Part shown: piece by piece, positions 12,801 to 25,100 of the stretch
Position numbering within the stretch: position 1 is the first letter of the stretch
Layout: each line of letters starts with the position of its first letter
Assembly: GCA_001643675.2 (NCBI GenBank)
Contig: LSRY02000041.1
Location: 1 to 64,000, forward strand
Direction of reading: 5' to 3'
Length of the DNA stretch: 64,000 nt
Source of the DNA: Monocercomonoides exilis PA203
Taxonomy: Eukaryota > Protista > Preaxostyla
Program-made: the position numbers and the translations under genes
Notes under the pieces: model-generated
What the model was told of the DNA's origin: nothing
Databases searched by the model: none
What the model saw: only the letters and a program-made list of their open reading frames with translations

Positions 12801-12984
12801 GACATCGTTTCCGCAAGTCGGGCTAAGAAAGGCAGTCAGTTGTGTTGGAGTTTGCTGTTTATTGATTAAAAATGTTAATGATTCTGTAATTAAATTCTTT
12901 TTAAATAATTTAACTTTTGCAAACTTCATTAAATATAGAAAAATGTTGCTGTGGTTTCGGTGTTTCTTTTAAATAATCATTCAT
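9873..12984 (-). CDS. Tyrosine recombinase-Myb protein, copy 2; predicted join(12984..12925,12854..9873) with an in-frame TAG at 10646..10644 separating the YR part from the Myb part
   Basis: Motifs HTGAR, RAKG, FHSLRSG, IAGW and GYIK. It shares MMNELLSPI and ARGFVLFCGKEC with copy 1. ORF 9873..10640 is in the same frame and carries the Myb-like VWKKEEDDIVIEMYNKG...RAPNHVRDRI and the tail KRLRKKDDGTGW (copy 1: KRLKRSEDGSEW). Predicted intron 12924..12855 (GTTTGC...ACAG). Confidence 0.85.
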
Positions 12985-13186
12985 ATTCTGAAGAATATTT
13001 TTTATCAAAATATTTTGTTTAATTTTATAATCAAATAAAAAGCAACAATAAACAATGGCACACATCAATTATTCCTGCATTTTGTATTGAAATGCTTGTT
13101 CTTTCACTTTCTTCAATATCGTTATGTGGAAATAAAAATTCTGTCTGCTTATGATCTATTCGAGATTCCGAATCGTTAAAACTTTC

Positions 13187-14642
13187 GGCAAGACCGCATT
13201 ATATGGGAATGGCCTATTTTCTGTGAAAATAATATATGAGGAATGTTGATAATATATATCATGTTTTCATTCATCAGAGATGTGCGGAAGTTGACAAAAA
13301 AGTCAAAAACAAAAAATAAAATATTGAGGAAAAAATGGGTGAATGTATTTTATAAAAAAAAGAATTTCAAAAAAAAATAAATTAATCAACTTCCATGGGG
13401 TCAAATTATGATGCACTTGCACTGTCCCCTCCTCCAAGGTGATTTGATTCTTTTAATTCTGTCATTTGAGAAATGTCATTTTCATCTTACAAATCAGATT
13501 CTATCTCTAATTTTGTTGAGACATTTTCTTCTTTTTTTAATTCTACCAATTCGTTTTCTTTTTCAGTTAAGTCGAAGACGATTTCCTTTGTTAGTTCCTC
13601 AAATTGTATTTGTAAGTTTCTTTTAACCATCCACATAGAAATATTATCCACAAGATACTTTTCTCTGTATCCAGTTCTTGGAAAAAATTTCCGTAAATTC
13701 ATCCACAGACCTTCGACAGTGTTTGTACATGCATGTGTAATTTTGTTTTTGAATTCTCGCTTGTGACAGACAGTATCATGAGCGTAACCATAATCCTTCA
13801 ATCTAGCTTAAGCCTTCCATTCATCGCTCATAATCCGAGTTCCAGGAAGAATTTTGTCTCGGATTATTGGAACCAATGTCTCAGCCTTCCTATTTGGCAC
13901 AATCATCACAAAGTTCTTTCCCGCACCTCCCTCTGGTTTCCTTTCCACAGCTCCAAATATCCAAATTTGTCTCTTCTTTTACCCTCGCCCAAAATTTCTG
14001 CACCTCCAAACCGCTTCGTCGATCTCCACAATTCTTCCCGGCCCTCCAATGACAGCTTGATTTTTGTTCCAAATAGATGTGCATCTGACTCGGATAACAC
14101 TCGTCCAATAATGTTTTGTGTTTTCACTTATTCCAAGCAGTTCACCAATGTGTGCGGCTGATATACCAATGTAATAATATAAAACAATCATCAAAAACTT
14201 TCTCAGCGGTATTTTTGAATTTTCCAAAAATGTGTTTTTAAAAACTGACTGTTTTTTGCCACATTTTCCACATCTCCAATATTTGTAATATTTGCCTCCG
14301 GATGTGAATATCATTTTGCATTTATAATGTCTGCATTCAGGAGCTTCTCCTTCCAGCACATTTTCGAAATACCATTTCCAAGGACCCATTTCATCCGAAA
14401 ATATATCATTGAGTTCATAAATAGGTGTTTTTGTGAACATTCTGTGTGATAAAGACATCTGATGAATGTTTTATCAATCCCATAAATACTTGAAAATGAC
14501 CTTTTTTCAAAAAATAAAAATTATATTTTTTGACCACTTTCCGCACGTTTTTTGGAGATTATAATTGCATTATAATTAATTAGAAATCAAATAAAACAGA
14601 AATAAACTTATTCCAGACGTTCCCATATCTTCAGGTCTTGCC
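13187..14642 (-). mobile_element. Merlin/IS1595-type DNA transposon, 1456 bp
   Basis: Imperfect TIRs GGCAAGACC-n5-ATATGGGAA at both ends. An exact 8-bp TSD AAACTTTC lies at 13179-13186 and 14643-14650. It encodes an IS1595-like DDE transposase. Confidence 0.93.
13487..14458 (-). pseudogene. IS1595/ISXO2-like (Merlin) transposase with two in-frame TAA stops
   Basis: N-terminal CxxC zinc ribbon, then VEIDE, GRG*KKRQIWIFG, SDEWKA*, TVCH and TNTVEGLW, all in one frame. Confidence 0.88.
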
Positions 14643-15147
14643 AAACTTTCTTCCATCCAAGATATTCACAAATTTAAATTTTGAATTTAAATTGCAAATA
14701 ATTGTCAATGGGATTGATCAAAATATTTAATTTTTCGAAAATTTTGAAAACAAACTTTTTTTAATTCCTGTCAAAAGGACTTGAAAGTTATTGCAATTAA
14801 ATAATAGTTATTGCACAACAATAAAACTTCAATAATTCCTCAAATTCGTTGGGAAAAAAAAGGCGAATTTCAACACACTTGAATCATATAATACCTTTTG
14901 CGTTCCATTGCAACCAATTTTGAAATTAATATCTGCACGCTAATGAAAATTAAAGTCAAAAAGCACACTTTAATGAAACTGTGAATAAAATCTGTTTTCA
15001 ATATTATACGAGTTAGCATGTAATAATATACTTATATTAACATACAAAAGTGAACGAATTACATACTTTTAGGTTCTATTTTAACTAAAACAGCATATTC
15101 AAATTTTCCAGATATTAAAAATTTTATTGTGGGTTAGATCAAAGATA

Positions 15148-15597
15148 CAGTCAAAACAGGATATAATCACATCAGTTTTTGCACAACTTTTTGTGACTAT
15201 ATCCGATTGTGATAATACACGATGTGACAAAACACAGAAAAAAATAAAAATTAATTTTTGAGATAATTTATTTTGGGTCGATTTTTTCTTTTTTGAAAAT
15301 TCTTCATCAAAACGCATTTTTCACTTGCAATATTAATTTTTGTCATAAATACACATTATTTGTACTAATTTGAACACGTTTTTGAAAAATCAAAAAATTG
15401 AAAATTATGATCAAAAAATCGATTTTTCATTGAAAAAAGCACCCATAATAAAGAAAAATGTGATTATATATTTTCAGCCCTGTGATTATATGCGATGGAA
15501 AATGAATGAAAAATAGGCCAAAAATGTCGGTGCATTGAATAATGTGACAATATACGAATGTGATTATATTCGACGTGATTATATCCGGTTTAGACTG
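15148..15597. mobile_element. MITE with TA TSD (Tc1/mariner/pogo-like ends), 450 bp
   Basis: TA|CAGTCAAAACAGGATATAATCAC ... GTGATTATATCCGGTTTAGACTG|TA, with internal repeats of GTGATTATAT. Confidence 0.8.
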
Positions 15598-15777
15598 TAT
15601 TTAATTATATTTTTTATTAAAGATTTAAATTTTTTTGATGAAAATTAACAAATAAAATAAGTCTATATAATAATGCAAACACTTTTTATGTGTAAAAATC
15701 ACGTTTTCTTTTAAATTTGAATAATTTTTTAATGAAATTCATGTTTATATGGGTCATTTTTCAAAAGTCATTTTTTT

Positions 15778-17160
15778 GGCATTAGTCGATTAGATCGACA
15801 CCCTCAAATAATCAAAATTTTGGATTTCTTTTTGATAGAAATAACAAACAAGTGATAATAAATGTGTTCAAAGGCATTTGAGTTTTGAAATTAGGGTTTG
15901 AAGTGGGAAAAGGAGTTAAATAAAAAACTGTTCAGGGAATGTATTCCTTATCTTTTTCATCAATATGATCGCTATCAGAAGATCTGTCAGATGATATTTC
16001 TTCTGTTGCTGTTAAAGAAGAATCATCATCTCCGTAAGATTCTATGGATTCTTCATCGCTAAATTCGATCGGAGTTCCCATTTTTTCATTTTCCACTTCT
16101 TTGCAAAAAACATGCCCTCCGCAAATTCAGAAAATTCCATTGATTTTCTTTTTGTAGATATTAATTCTGCAATTATATCGTCTATGTATCTATTTTGAAT
16201 TCCACACGAAGGGAGTAATTTCCGAAATTCACTCCAAACAGCTTCAACAGTATTTGTTCACACACCTTTTTTAGTTTTATATCTGTATTTATGGCATACG
16301 GTGTGATGATCGAATCCCAATGATTTCAATGATGCATAAGCCTTCCATTCGTCGGAGTAGATTGTAGAACCTGGGGTAACGTTTGTCATTATTAAAGGTA
16401 ATAATTGCTCTTTTTTTCTGTTCTTAACTCTTATGATGATGAAATTTCCTTGTCCTCCTCCAGTTTTTTTTTCGACCATGCCAAAAAGCCAAATTTGCTT
16501 TTTTCTTCTTCCACGGTGATATTTTCTTCGTCTGAGCAGCATTTCATCAATTTCGACGATCTGTCCATCTTTTCCTAGCTGTTCAAAATTTTGACACAAG
16601 TTTGTAAGTCGTACTTGTCGTGATAAATTCATGAAATATGAAACTGTGTCTTTATTGACATTAAGCATCAAACAAATATGCTTTTTTTTTAATCGAATGA
16701 ATATGAAGAACAGCAAAAGTTATAATTTCGAAATTCCCAATCTGGAATTTTTCATATGCGTATTTGTGAACACTGTTTTTCTTGATTTGCAATTCGGACA
16801 CCTAAAAATTCTATCTTGAACAGAATCCTTTGTGAAATACATTATTGATCCGCACTTCTCGCACTCCATCTTTTTGTCCGATAAAATTTGTTATCTAAAC
16901 CAATCCCAGCAAATTTCTTCGTTATGAAACATTGAAAAATTAGATGAGATCTCCTTCTTTTCCTCCATTAAACAATTGTTTTAAATGATCATAATCCCTT
17001 TTATTAAAAATTTTTTCTGTTTATTTTTGATAATAAAAACAGAAATAGATCCAAGTTTTTCACGTTGTGACATTGTTCATATTAATAATAGTTTTCATTT
17101 GATGCAAAAATAATGTTGACTTATCGATTTTTTAGGGTGTCGATCTAATCGACTATTTCC
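15778..17160 (-). mobile_element. Merlin/IS1595-type DNA transposon, second family, 1383 bp
   Basis: TIRs GG-n3-TAGTCGATTAGATCGACACCCT at both ends. An 8-bp TSD ATTTTTTT lies at 15770-15777 and 17161-17168. Confidence 0.9.
15940..16970 (-). pseudogene. IS1595-like transposase, disrupted by stops and frameshifts (bounds approximate)
   Basis: ORF 16258..16716 has VEIDE, RGRRKKQIWLFG, SDEWKAY and HTVCH. After a TGA it continues as TNTVEAVW. Confidence 0.85.
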
Positions 17161-17300
17161 ATTTTTTTCAACAAGAAAAATTTTTTTCGAAAAATCGGTC
17201 CATGAAAAGTTTTTAAATAATTATTATCTATTAATTCGTTATAATTTGAGGGTTTAAAAACGCAAATTGCAAAAGGAATGCGTTTGAACCTCTGCCTAAT

Positions 17301-17782
17301 TAAATACCAAAATAAAGCTCATTTATGAATAACAAACGATCAACAGCCATTGAGACGGAAAAGAAAGTTGATTAATAAATAATTATCAATAATATTTCCG
17401 CAACTGACACTTTGTGACAAATATGATCAAAGTTTGTCAAAAAATTTATAATTCATTAAATCATTGTATGTATTTTAAGCCTGTCTGACCTGACAAATTT
17501 TTTTTGGGTCAGTGACATGTTGACGGACGAGTCATTTTGACGTGTCATTTCCCATATTATTTTCGAAAACATTTCCCTTTCAATTAAAAAAAAAAGGAAT
17601 GTTAAATGAAATACACACAATGATTTAATGAATTGAAAAATTTTTGACAAATTTTGATCATATTTGTCACAAAGTGTCAGTTGCGGAAATATAATTGATA
17701 ATTATATATTAACCAACTTTCTTTTCCATCTCAATGGATGTTAATCGTTCATTATTCATAAATGAGCTTTATTTTGGTATTT
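17301..17782. mobile_element. Foldback/MITE-like element with about 145-bp inverted arms
   Basis: 17301-17447 (AAATACCAAAATAAAGCTCATTTATGAATAA...TTTGTCAAAAA) is the near-identical reverse complement of about 17637-17782. Confidence 0.8.
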
Positions 17783-20700
17783 TTTAATTATTTTTTATCT
17801 ATTGTTTTAAAATTCATGTATTAAGAGCAATGAATTCAAAATAGATATTCATCAAAAGAGTTTTTAAACTATCTGAGGCAGAAGATCAATACGAATGTGA
17901 GAATACGAAGAAATGCTAAATGAAAAAGCTGTCAGCATTGTTAAAATCAGTCCTTCTCTAACTTCTTCTCAAGAAACACTCTGATGATAACTGAATAATT
18001 ACGCAATAGGAAATGACAACAAGGATGATTCAGCTGATATAAAAAATTATATGATTATCTCTTGAACAAAAAAATAAACAAATCATGAGATTTTTTCCAC
18101 AGAAGAAGGAAGATGAAGCCAAAGATTTTTTGAGGTTTTCTATATCAAAAAATAAGAGACAAGAAAATTCAAATCGTTTATTATGAAAACCAAAATTTTT
18201 ATAGGACAGCTCAGTGAAGAAACAAATAAAAGTTCTTATCATAATTCAAAACTCATTCAATGACAACAATGCCGATTTGTTTCCTGGAGAATTTAACAAT
18301 TTGACATGGTCATATCTTTTCGCAAGGTGAAGTGGAGACTGTTTTCGATAACATTTGTTATTCCATTATCACTGCACATTGCAGTGAATCCGTATGTGAA
18401 TTTCTTTTTTCCGGGATTAAGCGAATGATATGTGATCACCGACATTCACTTTCTTTTTATTCATTCAATTTGTCACTTCTATCATGAATAACTTATTTTT
18501 TGCTCACTCTTTATGAAATCAAATAATCATCGTTTGTAATTTTTCACTCACTTCAAATGATTGAGTTATTTCTTTTTTCATTTCACTGTGATGAAAAAAA
18601 GAATTCCAAAATATTGAAAATAACTCCCATCTTTTTGTTCAATATAATAGGAAATTCAGGTGAAAATAGCTCAGATGATTGTATGAATTTGATAAAAATT
18701 CAAAATGTTCATTTATACATCAATTTTTTAAATTGGACTTGTTTTCTTTGGAAAGCAGGCTGATTGTTAATTTTCACTTGATGACGAATGAAGTGTCAAA
18801 GTCGGAAAACAAAATTGAGAGGCTTTTAATATCATAAAACGTTGTACATATGTGAAGCCGTTGAAGTTTGCCTTTGAAGGAGATTGCGGAGAAGGCACAA
18901 CAGGATGCGGTGTTGAGGATGGAAGATGTGGTTCTACCGCCATCCGAGATTGCACTGACGGTTTAGAAGGAGCGTGAAGAGATAGAGGAAGAAAGGAAGA
19001 TATGGATTGAAAGGAAGTTATCACATAGAGCGCAGGGTGTTTGTGGAAAGAATAAAAGAGAAATAGTTGAAGGAGGAAGTAGCCATGACATCTCTGGTTC
19101 TGGAGGCTCTTGGAGTGGGAGTGCTGAGGTTAATGAAGGAGGAAGCAGATGTGGCAAAAGTGTCTGGTTTGCTTCAAACCAAAGAAATTGATTTGGACAG
19201 AGCTTCGTGGATTAACCGAATTCAACAAGAGATTTCAGACGCATAAGACAGAGGGGATTAAGAAGAAGCAGATAAGTCTTAAAGGATATCTGCTGAAGAA
19301 ATTACAGAAGGACAGAGATAATGTGAGAAGTGTTTGAAGATGAAGATGAATACTGGATGTTGATGAGGAGCAAGAGAGAGATTATGGAGAAATAGAGAGA
19401 GCTTTTGAAATGAGAAAAAAATGGAAGGAGGTCAAAGAAGTGTCCGGGGTAGATTGTGAAAAAGAAGAAAATAAAGAAGTATTCAAAAGAGAAGATTTGA
19501 AAAAAAGAGAAAAAGAGATGTTGAAGCAATCCAAATTGATAACGTTATTGAATCTTTGAATCAGACAAAAGTCAGTGCGAAATGTTAATGTTTTCTTTCA
19601 AAGCTTTTGTTCAACAGGTTTCGGGTGAACTTCAATTTTATTATCTAACTAAAATTCCAATTATTACAGATAGGGACGAATGAACGCTCGTTTTCCTTCA
19701 AAGATGATTTCTTCCAATTCTTTTCCAAGCAACCGCGGTTGCTGGAAACACTTCTCCAGCTTGCTTGCATCACATCCAGTTTTTATTTTGGATCCATTGT
19801 CTTGCCTGGAACGTCTTTTACATTCTTTGAACGATTGTCGCTTTTTTTTTTAGTGATTTTTAATGATATATGAACCTTTTCAGCCACATCTTTACCACTG
19901 ATTGTGAGAAAGTTGCTGCTATGGCATCTCTCTTTCCTTGTTAGAAGTACTGTCCAGACTGACTCAGACACTCCATCATCGTATCGATGTTCGCAAGGAA
20001 GCTTAAAATATGCTCTTTTTTCATACGAGCATATTCAATGCGAAGAACAATATATTGAAGAATGCAATTGCAGTTGAGAAGAGGAGGAAGAAGGAGAGAA
20101 GGCACTTGGTGAAGAAAACACGAACCATTCGATGAGAACAAAATAAGTTAGCTTCTTTCCATTTGCAAAAAGAAAATCTTTATAATTATCTTCAGCCCAG
20201 TTTTTGAATTGAATCAGCACCTCCTTGTTTCTTTGCCAACAATCTTTGAATGAGTGAGCAAATGACTCTAATTCAGAAGTGTTTCTGACTGTCCTTCTCT
20301 TTTTCATAACGATGTGATGAAGCGAGAGCTAATTCATTAGTACAACATATCCTCGTTGCTGACAAGGTTCTGTTTCTGTTCCAGATGAATCTTCTTGGCA
20401 TTTTGTTCTTCATTTTCCAAGGGAAACTTTTCTTTTTGTTCTTTAAAATTATTAAAATTATCATTTGCAGAAAAATCCGCAGTAGTTTCAACAAGATGAA
20501 AATCACTGGATTATGAAATAAAAATACATCTCTGCTTTTTCATTTGTTATTTCCAAGAATGCTGATTGTTGATGGGTGTTTTGAACTTATGCTGATTGTT
20601 TTCTTGTTTGCTCCACAAGGATTCATTCACTTTCATTTCGTTTTTGCAACATCTTAACAGTCTCCATTGATTTATAAAAATGTGCCCAGACTTCTCGAAG

Positions 20701-21532
20701 AAATTAACGATTTGTTTCACCCGAAAGAGCAATATCATAAAAAGAAAACTGGAGCTTCAACAAAAAAATTTTTCAAATGTTTCGGAAATTCAATTGATGA
20801 AAATTTTCAAACTTGAAATAATCAAAAATTCTCAAACTTTCAATGTTTTTTCAAACCGGAAAAATAAATGATAAAGTTTTTGATTGAAAAGAATCAAACA
20901 TTTTCATATTTTCTTTCACTCACTGAAATCATTACTTAACAATAACTTATTTGTGCACAAGGATAGATATCAAAGAAAAATATTATCGTTCATTAAACAT
21001 GAGAAACAATTCATTATACAAACAAATGATTCACCAAAATTTTTCTGCTTGTTAATATTTGCGTTATGTGCAACAAAGAAACAAAGATAAATGCATTTAT
21101 TCAGATCACAGAAGGCTGTAACAACGCAAAAAAATTAAATTTTACAAAAAGAAAGGGGAACAGCAAATTAGAAATAGTCATTCAGCAAATGAAAACTACT
21201 AGATAACAGTAATGCTGATTTTGTAGTTTTCGGCGCTTGATTGTTTAGTCCTACCACTTGAATCGAAAAAATGCTGAAACTTCATTAATTCTAATAACTG
21301 ACAAAATGTTTCAAAAATGAGTTAGCTACAACACTGAAATTCAAGAAAGCGTTGATCACAAACACTTTGAAATGTTCTTGAAGAACAGGAGAGAAGATAG
21401 AATAGATTGAAATTGTTAAAAATATTTCATAATGGTTCATTTTGATGAAAAAATAGATGACAGTCAAACTTCGACAAACAAACAAAAATACTTAAAACAA
21501 AGTCAGTTCTAAATAATCCTTTTTTATAATTA

Positions 21533-21569
<37 letters not shown>

Positions 21570-21756
21570 TGACGGACGAGGCAAAAAATGATTTGTCAGG
21601 TCAGACAGCCTTAATGTATTTTATGAAACATTCCATTTTGTTTTTTTTAATTGAAAGGGAAATGTTTTTGAATTTAATATGGGAAATGATACGTCAAAAT
21701 GACTCGTCCGTCAATTTGTCACTGACCCTAAAAAAAATTTGTCAGGTCAGACAGAC
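17479..21756. repeat. Dispersed transposon-end sequence (TTAA|G-CTGTCTGACCTGACAAA), three ends in inverted arrangement
   Basis: 17479-17617 is approximately the reverse complement of 21615-21756. A third, truncated end at 21570-21610 is followed by TTAA. TTAA flanks with a G-starting end would fit a Kolobok-like family (inference). Confidence 0.55.
21536..21567 (+). repeat. Poly(T) tract
   Basis: About 32 consecutive T abutting the truncated transposon end. Confidence 0.9.
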
Positions 21757-22112
21757 TTAGTGGAAAATAGGTTACGGATGTTACAAACTTTTTCCTTCAC
21801 GTTACTCAGGGTTTATATCAATACACATGTGGCTTTCCTTTCATGTGAACTGAAATGAAATGGTTTGTGCACACACCATCATAATTCGGGTTTATTAATC
21901 ACTCTAATTAATATTATTCAAAAGTTGATTTTTATTTTTTTTTTAACTGAAAGTTTCAAAAAAATTGTAAGTCACTGTGAATGAATCAACTCAATTTTAT
22001 AAAATATTTTCAATATAAGAGTCTATATAAGAAAATCAAAATTAGGTTTTTGGCAAACCATAATAAATTTGTTGACAATTGATAATTTTTCTGTTTGGTT
22101 ATTGCATCTAGC

Positions 22113-25100
22113 ATGAGTATTTTCGCATTGACTATTAATATTCTGATTTACAATTTACAATGCAATACTACAAGAGGAAATACAACTGCAGACAGCTTTT
22201 CTGATTTATCCCGTTTTCGTTACGAAACGGAATCTTCTTTTCAAGAAGCTGGGTTGCTTAAGAGTAAGACATCCGAAATGCCAACAAAAAATAATTTAAT
22301 GCATCCAAAATTCGTAACAGAAAATGCTGTTATAGTAGGATCTAACGAGGATGAAGATTCATATACAAAAAACAACAATTACTCTGGAAAAATGAGTGAA
22401 AATCCTCAAATACAAATACTGAAAAGAACAGGAGCAGATATACGATTTAGTTATTTTGCAAATATATATAAGAACGAAAATGAAGAAAGCAAAATCAAAG
22501 GAGAGATGGAATTGAAGAATTCTTCTGTTCTGTGGAAGAAATTGGAATTTTCAAGTTTTTCAGAAAGCCAGCATTACATCATTGCAGATAAGTGGAGCGT
22601 TGCGATTGTTAAACAATGCGCAGTTGTTGAAAGAAACAATTATTCCCCATTTGATATTCAGGGGGGTTTCGGAATGTTCGAAAACATTTCGCTTCAATCA
22701 TCAAATTCGTCTATTCGAATATTGTATCCTCTTTTTACGTTTAAACAATCTCCCAACAATTCACCAGATCTTGGAAGTGTTTGTGTGAGTTCTTCGCATT
22801 TCTCTTCGTTTTTTGTTTCATCTGCCCCATTTTTATCATCCTTTTTCTTTGAGAGGATTTCTTTAACTCAAATGAGCTTATTCAACATTTCTGTTTTCTC
22901 TCTATCAAAAAACTTCATCAATGCTAGTGAATCTACAAGTTCGACTTTGATGAGCTGCTGCTCATTTTCATCAGTTTGTGATGTGTATGATGGGGGCATT
23001 GTCCCCTCGCTCAACAGCCCCTCATCTTCATTGGCTGCCTCAAACACCTCATTTGCCAGGTGCTATCGCTCTCAGAATGTTGCAGTAAGCGGGAGTGAAG
23101 GGAATCCATCGAAGCCAGCGAGACAGCAGATAGCAGACAATGAGGCGAATTCATTCACTTGGTGTGTGTGGAATGGCACAAAAACCACTGGAACAAGTGG
23201 TTCTTATTCAGATGGAACTTCAAATGGTGGAGCAATTTACATGTATGGTTTGTCATCAGGAACACTTTCAGTGAAATTTTGTTCGTTCAATGATTGTTAT
23301 GCTTATTGGAATGGAGGGGGAGTCATGTGTGCATATATCGAATCTGTTGAGATTGTGAACAACACGTTCAACTCATGCACCACGCAAGCTTGGGTTGGAG
23401 GAGGGATGTGTATTTATCCGATTTCATCGTGTGTTCGGATCAGCGGTTGTGAATTCCAGAAATGTTCTGCAAAATTTGATGGAGGAGGACTTCATCTTTA
23501 TAATTTTCAGGTTTCAGGAACAGGATGCATTGGAACGGAAAGTGGCAAAGGAGAGAGTGCTTGCGTGTTTGAGTGTTTATTCACTTCATGTACACTTTCA
23601 AGCACTGGTGGCGGAGGGATGTATTGTTATGGCGTTTCGGCTGCATTCAAAATGAGGAGCATCCAATTTATTTCGTGCTCAGCATTAAGAGAAGGAGGAG
23701 GATTGGATTTTTATCCACACCAATCAACAGCTCCAAGCAACAACATTTATTGTTATTTCTTCTTCTTCCATGATTGCAGATGCATGGTTGCAAATAATCC
23801 AGGAGGACATGACGTTGAATATCTCGATACGTGCAATCTGTATTTGGATTCAGGAAATCCATTCCATGAATGTTACACCACCAACACAGATGACAAGAGA
23901 GTGTGCTACAGATATAATTATTCCAGTTCAGGATCTTGGGTATATCAGCTCACGGAAAAGAAGGATTGGCTTAAGAACAAAACGATTTATATTGGAGAGA
24001 ATGGAAATGACTCGAATGAATTATGCGGAATGAATGAGACGATGCCTTGTAAAACGATTGGATATTGCGTGAATAAATGCTATAACTTAATAAGTTTCGG
24101 AATTTCAGTGCTGAATGGGAAGTATGTGAGCGAAGTTACGACGATCAGTGTTGGGGAAAAGAAGATTTCAGTTGTTGGGAGAGGGAAGACGGTGAGTGTG
24201 ATTGGGACAAGTGCGCTTTCTACCTCTTCTCCAACTCTGTTTAGCATATCGACTGGTCAACTGGAGGTGGGGCATGTGGGGATCGACCGCAACGCAGCAA
24301 GAAGCTCATCGCCGAGTGTGTTTGTGGTGTCAGTGGAGAGCGGAACACTTTCGCTGGAGGATGTGGTGATCGACTCTTCTACATCAGGAGGGAGTGGAAT
24401 CTCGTCATCTGTATTTGAAGTGACGCTGAGTCAGCTGAAGATGATTGATGTGGAGATAGAAAATATGAAAATATCACAGCCTCTTTTCGCAGATCCGTCA
24501 TCGGCAGGATCATCATCAGATGAGAGTCTGCTGGGAAATGTGACAATTCGGAATGTGAATCGGACAGGAGGAGATGGAGTGGTGATGGCAAAAAGCGTGA
24601 AGGGAGGAGAAACATTTGTGGTGTGTAATACAACAATAGAAGGATGTTTTTGCGAAAGTGGAAATGGCGGAGGGATAAAGGTTGAGTTGGCTTCTTCAAC
24701 AAGCAAAGCTTTCATTGGAACATCAACATCGCACAGCGGAGGAACAACAATATTCAACAAAACAAAGTGCAGCGGATATGGAGGAGGGGTGATGCTGTAT
24801 CTGGCAGATAGCTCATTTGATTTTACAATATCATCAGTGAGTTTTGTTGGTTGCAGTGCAACACTGGGAGGGAAAGATGTGTTTGTGAATGGGAGCAGGC
24901 TGGTGAGTGGGACAATAACGGCCACAAAGCTGAATTTCTCACGAAATGTATCTATTTATGATGAGCTGATGGGATATGACCGGAATGAGGGAGGGATGGG
25001 AATATTCCCATTGAATGTGTTTTTGGAGGCATTTTCAGGAGCAGCACATGTGGGGAAGGGGGTGAATGGGTATGGAGGATATGACTCGTGGTTTTGTGGG

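Noticed and set aside
3786-12984. Prophage/bacterial integrase or DIRS retrotransposon interpretation of the YR genes
   Set aside because: The genes have host-type predicted introns, poly-Ser/acidic tracts and telomeric context. No phage genes, RT/RNase H or DIRS-type terminal repeats were seen in the window.
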